Of a stretch of DNA of 5,880 nucleotides, positions 1-5,880 are shown one piece after another. The notes under the pieces are model-generated. The model did no database searches, was not told the origin of the DNA, and saw only the letters and a list, made by a program, of their open reading frames with translations. The first letter of the stretch is position 1; every line of letters begins with the position of its first letter. The position numbers were made by a program, and so were the translations under genes. Origin of the DNA: Octopus sinensis (Eukaryota). The DNA lies in contig NW_021829828.1 of NCBI RefSeq assembly GCF_006345805.1, forward strand, positions 1-5,880, given 5' to 3'.

Positions 1-10
1 TACTTCGAGG

Positions 11-237
11 GTGGATTTGGTAGACAGAAACTGAACGAAACTCGTAGTATGTGTGTGTGTATGTGTTTGCTTGTGTTTTCGACCCCATAAGCTAGTGGTT
101 CGGTGAAAGATATTGATAGAATAATTAACAATCTTAAAAAATAATTATTACTGGTGTGGATTTTTTCGACTAAAATTCTTCAAGGCGGTGCGCCAACATG
201 ATCGCAAGCTAATGGTTGAAACAAGTAGAAGATAAAG
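11..237 (+). mobile_element. Decayed copy of the SINE family also present at 3688-4086 (head lies outside the window or is lost)
   Basis: 11-35 gtggatttggtagacagaaactgaa matches 3812-3836 at 24/25. It is followed by the same order of modules: (TG)n, ggttcgg..aaga..gatagaataa, tcgactaaa, aaggcggtgc.cca.catg, tgaaacaagta.aaga. Confidence 0.85.
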
Positions 238-238
238 G

Positions 239-431
239 ATACATACATACATACATACATACATACATACATACATACATACATACATACATGTTTAGAT
301 AGATACATACATACATACATGTATGTTTGCGGACATACAAACAAATATGCATTAATACACACATGCATGCAAGCATACATACAAACATACATTCATGCAT
401 ACAAGCATACATGCATACATTCACATGCATG

Positions 432-463
<32 letters not shown>

Positions 464-870
464 CATACATTCATACTTACACGCAAACATATATGCATAT
501 ACATTCATACATGTATCCATACTAACATACTTACAACCATACATACATATACATACACACATGCATCCATACATACGAGCAGACATACATACAAGCATAC
601 ATGCATACAACCATACATACATACACACATACATACAAACATACATATACATACACATACATACACACACATACATTCATACACACATACATACATCCAT
701 ACTTACATACATACATACATGCATGCATACACATACACATATCCATCAATACATACATATACTCATAGACACACATCCGTCAATACATACATACACACAT
801 GCATACATACATACATACATACATACATACATACATACATACACACATGCATACATACTTACATACATAC

Positions 871-901
<31 letters not shown>

Positions 902-1107
902 CATGCATACATACATACATACATACATACATGCATACATACACACACACATGCATACATACATACATACATACATGCATACATACATACATACATGCAT
1001 ACATACATATATACATGCATACATACATACATACATGCATGCATGCATACATACATACATACACACACACACATACATACATACATACACACACATACAT
1101 ACATACA

Positions 1108-1141
<34 letters not shown>

Positions 1142-1207
1142 CATACATGCATACATACATACATGCATACATACATACATACGTACATACATACATGCAT
1201 GCATGCA

Positions 1208-1241
<34 letters not shown>

Positions 1242-1814
1242 CATACATACAAGCATACATACATACATATATACATACATGCATACATACATGCATACAT
1301 AAATACATACATACATATATACATACATACATGCATACATACATACATACATACATATATACATACATGCATACATATATATACACACATACATACATAC
1401 ATGCATACATACATGTATACATACATACACACGCACATACATACACACACACATACATACATACATACATATATACATTCATACATGCATACATACATAC
1501 ATATATACATGCATACATACATACATATATACATACATACAAGCATACATACATATATACATACATGCATACATACATACATGCATACATATATACATAT
1601 ATACATATATACATACATACATGCATACATACATACATATATACATACATACATGCATACATACATACACACATACATACATGCATACATATATAAACAC
1701 ATACATACATATATACATACATACATGCATACATATATACACACATACATACATACACACATACATACATACATACATACATACACACATACATACATAC
1801 ATACATACATACAT
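239..1814. repeat. Very long imperfect (ACAT)n/(ATGT)n tetranucleotide microsatellite, ~1.58 kb
   Basis: Directly visible. Variant units are GCAT, ATAT and ACAC. Purest at 239-292 and ~790-1814, more degenerate at ~321-790. Confidence 0.99.
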
Positions 1815-2051
1815 GAGGGGGTGCCACTTGATTTTGACCAATGCCAGTGCGCGTTTCTTCTATTCAAGCAATACGGATGTGCTTTCCCGATCCTACTTTG
1901 GGCCTTAAACGCTTTTGAACAGATGTGGCAACGATGGGTTCCTCTTACAGCAGGTGTTCAGAGAGCTTACCCCCCACAGGGAGGCATGTTTTCATTCCAT
2001 ACCGGATTTTTTGTTGAGTGCTTTGTTTTGTTTGTATAGGATCCGGTCAGC

Positions 2052-2329
2052 TATATTACACAACATATTACTCAAAAGGCGGCGAGCTGGCAGAATCGTT
2101 AGTACGCCGGGCGAAATGCTTTGCGGTATTTCGTCCGCCGCTGCGTACTGAGTTCAAATTCCGCCGAGGTCGACTTTGCCTTTCATCCTTTCGGGGTCGA
2201 TAAATTAAGTACCAGTTACACACTGGGGTCGTTGTAATCGACTTAATTCGTTTGTCTGTCTTTGTTTGTCCCCTCTATGTTTAGCCCCTTGTGGGTAATA
2301 AGAAAACATATATTACACAACATATAACT
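2052..2329 (+). repeat. Target-site duplication flanking SINE copy A (2052-2072 and 2309-2329)
   Basis: tatattacacaacatattact vs tatattacacaacatataact: 20/21 identical, first 17 bp perfect. Confidence 0.85.
2078..2308 (+). mobile_element. Near full-length tRNA-derived SINE (copy A) with Pol III A/B boxes
   Basis: A-box-like tggcagaatcg at 2088-2098 and B box gttcaaattcc at 2152-2162. Central gcctttcatcctttcggggtcgataaattaagtacc resembles the Meta-type SINE domain (recall, unverified). A-rich end, flanking direct repeats, and homologous minus-strand copies at 2346-2697. Confidence 0.9.
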
Positions 2330-2345
2330 GAGATGTTAAATGTCC

Positions 2346-2494
2346 TTTTCTACTCTAGGCACAAGGCCCGAAATTTTGGGAGAGGGGGGGGGCATTCGAT
2401 TAGATTGAGTCTAGTATGCAATTGGTACTTAATTTATCTACCCCGAAATGATGAAAGGCAAAGTCGATCTCAGAACGTAAAGACAGATGAAATA
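2346..2494 (-). mobile_element. 5'-truncated SINE (copy B), same central domain as A but a different 3' tail
   Basis: 2423-2494 is the reverse complement of A's central region with a 16-nt deletion. 2346-2400 (ttttctactctaggcacaaggcccgaaatttt...) is a tail unlike that of A or C. Confidence 0.8.
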
Positions 2495-2495
2495 T

Positions 2496-2697
2496 CTATT
2501 TCTTTATTACCCACAAGGGGCTAAACATAGATGGGTCAAACAAGGACAGACATAGGTATTAAGTCGATTACATCGACCCCAGTGCGTAACTGGTACTTAA
2601 TTTATCGACCCCGAAAGGATGAAAGGCAAAGTCGATCTCAGAACGTAAAGACAGATGAAATACCGTTAAGCATGTCGCCCGGCGTGCTAACGTTTCT
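2496..2697 (-). mobile_element. SINE copy C, same subfamily as A, B box deleted and extreme 5' end missing
   Basis: The reverse complement aligns to A from the head (ctaacg/cgttag) to the tail (ccccttgtgggtaata..gaaa), with roughly 90% identity by eye over 2496-2636 vs 2169-2305. Confidence 0.9.
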
Positions 2698-2717
2698 TAT
2701 TTCCTTATTGCCCACAA
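2698..2717 (-). mobile_element. 20-bp remnant of another A/C-type SINE 3' tail
   Basis: tatttccttattgcccacaa vs 2497-2516 tatttctttattacccacaa, 18/20. Confidence 0.55.
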
Positions 2718-2906
2718 TGAACCCAGGTTCAGAACCACTGGCAAACGTATGCATTTGCCACGTACATTGTAAATGGAACGAGTGATAGATTCATCGACAC
2801 CACAGCAGTACAGCTGCCTGTGTTTCCTATTTTCATGATCCTTTGCTGCAGGGAATACAGTCATCAACGTCTTTTCTTAGGATCTATATCCTTTTCTTAG
2901 TATATA

Positions 2907-3306
2907 CTAGCAGTATTGCCCGGCGTTGCTCGGGTTTGTAAGGGAAATAACTATATAAGCATTTTTAGAGAGTTATAGCCAAAAAATAGCAAAAAAATGC
3001 ATTAAAAATGAAAAACAAATGATGGTAAATTTTTTTTAAATCGTTGACTCATCGTAGACATTTTTAGAGAGTTACTTCCCTTATATAATAGCGAAAAAAT
3101 GCATTAAAATGGAAAAAAATGATGGTAAATTCTTTTTTAAATCGTAGACTCATCGTAGATGCGCGCTAATACCCAGAAGGGCTCGATATGAATCACGACT
3201 ATAAGATACCCGGTTTTGGTTAAACTGCACCGCAAAATGTGGGAGTAGTTAGGAAGCTAAATCGGAGGAGACAGACAGCACACAACCTTACTTTTATATA
3301 TAAAGA
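2907..3306 (-). mobile_element. Non-autonomous Helitron (rolling-circle element), 400 bp
   Basis: On the minus strand it begins TC (3306-3305) and ends CTAG (2910-2907). A GC-rich 16-nt hairpin cccgagcaacgccggg (2934-2919) lies 12 nt from the end. It is inserted between host A and T (a2906|t3307) with no TSD. All of these are canonical Helitron hallmarks. Confidence 0.85.
2960..3159. repeat. Two tandem ~100-bp units inside the Helitron (2960-3058, 3059-3159)
   Basis: Both units start catttttagagagtta, contain aaaaaatgcattaaaa and aaatgatggtaaatt, and end gactcatcgtaga. Confidence 0.92.
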
Positions 3307-3687
3307 TATTCTGTTCACTGCTTCCATGTTGACGGGTACGAATATGTAAACCCCTATAAAATGTAGGCAGTTTCGCATCTGCTCCTGTAAGTTCAAAAGA
3401 TAGTCGGTACATTCAGGGAAGCTGAGCAATGTGAGTAGTTGGTGAGACACGTTTTTGCCGGACAAGCAACTAATCACACAGATCCGTGATAAACGTAATA
3501 TGGCTCATAGTGAACGTATCGTGTTATCCCGGATCAGCCATGAATGAATAAGTGATAAACGGGAGTACATGCATTACCATAAAATGAAGCATGTAAGGGA
3601 AGTACTTCAGTTGATTAATAACAAGCTCTTGGAACTGACGGGTATTTATTTCGTCAACTCTGGTATTATTTGGGCATAAAAATATGT

Positions 3688-3859
3688 GGCAGGAGTGGCT
3701 GTGTGGTAAGTAGCTTGCTAACTAACCACATGGTTCCGGGTTCAGTCCCACTGCGTGGCATCTTGGGCAAGTGTCTTCTGCTATAGCCCCGGGCCGACCA
3801 ATGTCTTGTGAGTGGATTTGGTAGACGGAAACTGAAAAGAAGCCTGTCGTATATATGTT

Positions 3860-3894
<35 letters not shown>

Positions 3895-4086
3895 TTGTCC
3901 CCCTAGCATTGCTTGACAACCGATGCTGGTGTGTTTACGTCCCCGTCACTAAGCGGTTCGGCAAAAGAGACCGATAGAATAAGTACTGGGCTTACAAAGA
4001 ATAAGTCCCGGGGTCGAGTTGCTCGACTAAAGGTGGTGCTCCAGCATGACTGAAACAAGTAAAAGAGTAAAAAGAGTAAAGAGTAA
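3688..4086 (+). mobile_element. Full-length tRNA-derived SINE (copy D) with internal microsatellite and (GTAAAAGA)n-type tail
   Basis: A box tggctgtgtgg at 3696-3706, B box ggttcagtccc at 3739-3749. Homologous to 11-237 and to the tail at 4137-4207. Short tandem tail at 4059-4086. Has a small deletion in catg[gccacagtcaaatg]act relative to the 4137-4207 tail. The central part resembles Deu/Nin-type SINE domains (recall, unverified). Confidence 0.9.
3850..3894. repeat. (TA)n(TG)n microsatellite internal to SINE D
   Basis: Directly visible. The equivalent position in the 11-237 copy also has (TG)n (49-65). Confidence 0.95.
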
Positions 4087-4093
4087 TTAAATA

Positions 4094-4136
4094 GCGCAAG
4101 GATGACACGCAAATTCGTGAAGCGTTCCATATTTTT
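4094..4136 (+). pseudogene. RNU6: 3' fragment of U6 snRNA (nt ~65-107), retrocopied
   Basis: gcgcaaggatgacacgcaaattcgtgaagcgttccatattttt matches the conserved metazoan U6 3' end including the U5 tail (43/43 vs the human U6 sequence as recalled). It lacks the 5' stem-loop, ACAGAGA box and AGC triad, so it is not a functional snRNA gene. Confidence 0.95.
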
Positions 4137-4207
4137 CTAAAGGCGATGCTCCAGCATGGCCACAGTCAAATGACTGAAACAAGTAAAAGAGTAAAAGAGT
4201 AAAAGAG
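4137..4207 (+). mobile_element. Isolated 3' tail of the D-family SINE (or its partner LINE) fused to the U6 fragment
   Basis: ctaaaggcgatgctccagcatggccacagtcaaatgactgaaacaa(gtaaaaga)3g aligns with D 4027-4086 but lacks D's deletion and has different substitutions, so it is an independent copy. Confidence 0.9.
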
Positions 4208-4292
4208 CGCATACCAGATGATGCTACACGAGTCGGTTTCCGCCATTTATCACCAACCTCTAATAATTATATAAAACAGTAAACCCCCTCTT

Positions 4293-4586
4293 GTGGAGGC
4301 ACATGGCCTAGTGGTTAGAGCAGCGGACTCGCGGTCGAGAGATTGCGAGTTCGAATCTCAGACCGGGAAATGTGTATGTTTTTGAGCGAAACACCTAAGT
4401 TCCATGCGGCTCCGGCAGAAGGTAATGGCGAGCTTCTGATGAATCTCTCGCTACAACTTTCTATCACTCTTTCCTCCTGCATCTAGCAGCTTACCTGTGA
4501 CAGACCGGTGTCCAGTCCAGGTGGGGAACCTAAACGCCAATGAAACCGGAGTCAGGAATGGCTCGAGAAGTAACAAACAACAACAC
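4293..4586 (+). mobile_element. tRNA-derived SINE of a third family (copy E) with (AAC)-rich tail and TSD
   Basis: Perfect A box tggcctagtgg at 4304-4314, B box gttcgaatc at 4349-4357, tRNA-like spacing. Tail aacaaacaacaacac. Flanking repeats aaaccccctctt (4281-4292) and aaaccctctctt (4587-4598), 11/12. An internal T5 at 4379-4383 would terminate Pol III. Confidence 0.85.
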
Positions 4587-4957
4587 AAACCCTCTCTTAT
4601 CCAGTACTTGGCCGCTGGGGCGCGTTTTTTTTTTGCGGTACAAACAGTATCTTCGACTGATCGCTGACACTAATAAAACGCAAATCAATCAGCGATGAGC
4701 ATAGAGCGTAGAGCGTGCCGCATTTACACGGATCAGTGATAACTGAATCGCTGGTTAGCTAGGCTACATGTACTTGTGTTTTCGTAAAAGTGCAAGATGC
4801 CTTCTCATAATATTTATATTATACACAATTTACCCATAACTGCATATATTTTAAGATTTATATTCAGCAACTTAATATTCATTTACATCTACCTTAAAAA
4901 TGCGTTCCTTGAGTTAGTAAATTTTTAACGACAAACGAGAAGCTTCAAATCCTGTCA

Positions 4958-4966
4958 CTCTCTTTC

Positions 4967-5015
<49 letters not shown>

Positions 5016-5029
5016 ACACTCACTCACTC
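4958..5029. repeat. (CT)n microsatellite grading into (CACT)n
   Basis: Directly visible. Confidence 0.95.
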
Positions 5030-5038
5030 CCTCTTTCC

Positions 5039-5170
5039 ATATTATACACACATATATATATGTATTATATATTATATATCTATATATATATATCTATATA
5101 TTATAAACATATATAAGGTAGTAAATATAATACATATACATATATATATATTATATATATATATAATATT
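5039..5170. repeat. Degenerate (TA)n / AT-rich low-complexity tract
   Basis: Directly visible. Confidence 0.9.
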
Positions 5171-5490
5171 ACGGGAAGCTTTATGAAAATAACAAAAGAC
5201 GAAGGCAGGTGGAAAACAAACGAACAATTGTATTAGTATGGCGCTCAGGAATATAAATAAAACAAGTCTTTAACGTTTCGAGCCTACGCTCTTCAACATA
5301 AGATACACAGAGAGAGAAAAACCACAAGAAGAAGGAGAGAAAAAATGCGTGCAGTAGCTAACGCATCAACATGGCGATCTGATTTCGGCCATAGGTCAAA
5401 GACCAAACATTAAGACTCGAGAGCGAAATAAGGGGAAGATAATAGGGTTGATAAATGGGTTGAGGGACCAGCTAAAAGTGCGTGGGAGGG
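5171..5490 (-). mobile_element. Probable interspersed-repeat fragment, Penelope-like terminal (pLTR-type) sequence
   Basis: The minus strand has gaagagcgtaggctcgaaacgt, the hairpin+GAAACGT pattern typical of Penelope-like element termini. The block is complex sequence bounded by microsatellites. No RT or GIY-YIG coding is recognisable and the boundaries are approximate. Confidence 0.45.
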
Positions 5491-5497
5491 GTCTGGA

Positions 5498-5532
5498 TGT
5501 GTGTATATATATGTATGTATGTATGTATGTAT
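5498..5532. repeat. (TG)/(TA)/(ATGT)5 compound microsatellite
   Basis: Directly visible; (atgt)5 at 5511-5530. Confidence 0.9.
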
Positions 5533-5588
5533 ATTTTTATATATATTTATTTAATATTAATAAACACACATACGTAATATAATATATT

Positions 5589-5658
5589 ATACATACATAT
5601 ATACATATACATACATTCATATACATACATACATACATACATACATACATACATACAT
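5589..5658. repeat. (ACAT)n microsatellite, opposite orientation to 5511-5530
   Basis: Directly visible. Confidence 0.95.
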
Positions 5659-5880
5659 GTAGATATAATTAGATTATGTACGATTTATATATGGGCGTTA
5701 TGATACTGTAACAATCCCACGAGCAATACGTTAATAGATGCAGAAATACACGAGGAATAATAATAATAACTCAGCTAAACTGCATTAATTTTCATGAACT
5801 ATCAGTGCAGTGTCTACATTAATTCAAAGATATCCTGACACTTATGATAAATATATAATTCTTTTCTAACGCGTTTCTGT

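Noticed and set aside
1231-1554. Higher-order ~290-bp repeat in the microsatellite (34-bp identity around an AAGC variant)
   Set aside because: The same variant occurs several other times in the array and the match does not extend cleanly; expected in low-complexity DNA.
180-2039. Long ORFs on both strands (up to 570 aa; HTYI- and MYVC-repeat proteins)
   Set aside because: They are translations of (ACAT)n, which has no stop codon in any frame; there is no independent coding signal.
2726-2760. Small hairpins ggttc-a-gaacc and tggcaaa-N8-tttgcca
   Set aside because: 5-7 bp stems are within chance expectation.
2871-2900. cttttcttag repeated at 2871 and 2891, and an acceptor-like site at 2850
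   Set aside because: Short pyrimidine-rich repeat with no matching donor or ORF; Helitrons do not make TSDs.
2423-3159. CRISPR-like or prokaryotic repeat array
   Set aside because: The repeats are SINE and Helitron internal duplications in eukaryotic DNA, with no repeat-spacer periodicity.
3220-3477. 85-aa minus-strand ORF, and the other short ORFs at 1915-2785 and 3722-4130
   Set aside because: They run across Helitron or SINE boundaries or lie inside SINEs, and have no recognisable product.
3486-3561. gtgataaacg repeated twice 66 bp apart (GATA-like sites)
   Set aside because: Only two short motifs, with no supporting regulatory evidence.
3446-3678. Plus-strand frame reading DTFLPDKQLITQIRDKRNMAHSERIVLSRISHE*ISDKREYMHYHKMKHVREVLQLINNKLLELTGIYFVNSGIIWA*
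   Set aside because: It has an in-frame stop, no recognisable family and no convincing splice sites; a BLASTX hit would be needed to call it a pseudogene.
4094-4136. Functional U6 snRNA gene
   Set aside because: Only the 3' 43 nt are present; catalytic motifs and upstream promoter context are absent.
4153-4161. AGCATGGCC in the SINE tail also occurs in U6 (nt ~53-61)
   Set aside because: A 9-nt match that is not at the fusion junction; probably coincidence.
4293-4366. Possible tRNA gene (also heads at 2078 and 3688)
   Set aside because: A/B boxes are present but no full acceptor stem; each continues into a SINE body with tail or TSD.
4692-4746. C/D box snoRNA (GCGATGA ... CTGA)
   Set aside because: The C box is imperfect and the flanking stem overlaps the C box instead of closing a kink-turn.

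Overview
Non-coding, repeat-dominated eukaryotic DNA with no credible protein-coding gene. The long ORFs in the track are translations of a ~1.6 kb (ACAT)n microsatellite. The repeat families look like cephalopod (Octopus-type) SINEs; this is from recall and was not checked against a database. Contents in order: a decayed SINE copy running into the giant microsatellite; a cluster of tRNA-derived SINEs (one + copy with a 21-bp target-site duplication, then minus-strand copies sharing the same B-box deletion); a 400-bp non-autonomous Helitron with canonical ends; a second SINE family copy; the 3' 43 nt of U6 snRNA fused at its oligo-U end to a SINE/LINE-type 3' tail (a U6 chimeric retrocopy, the most notable item); a third tRNA-SINE with TSD; simple repeats; and a probable Penelope-like terminal fragment with a degenerate hammerhead-like fold.
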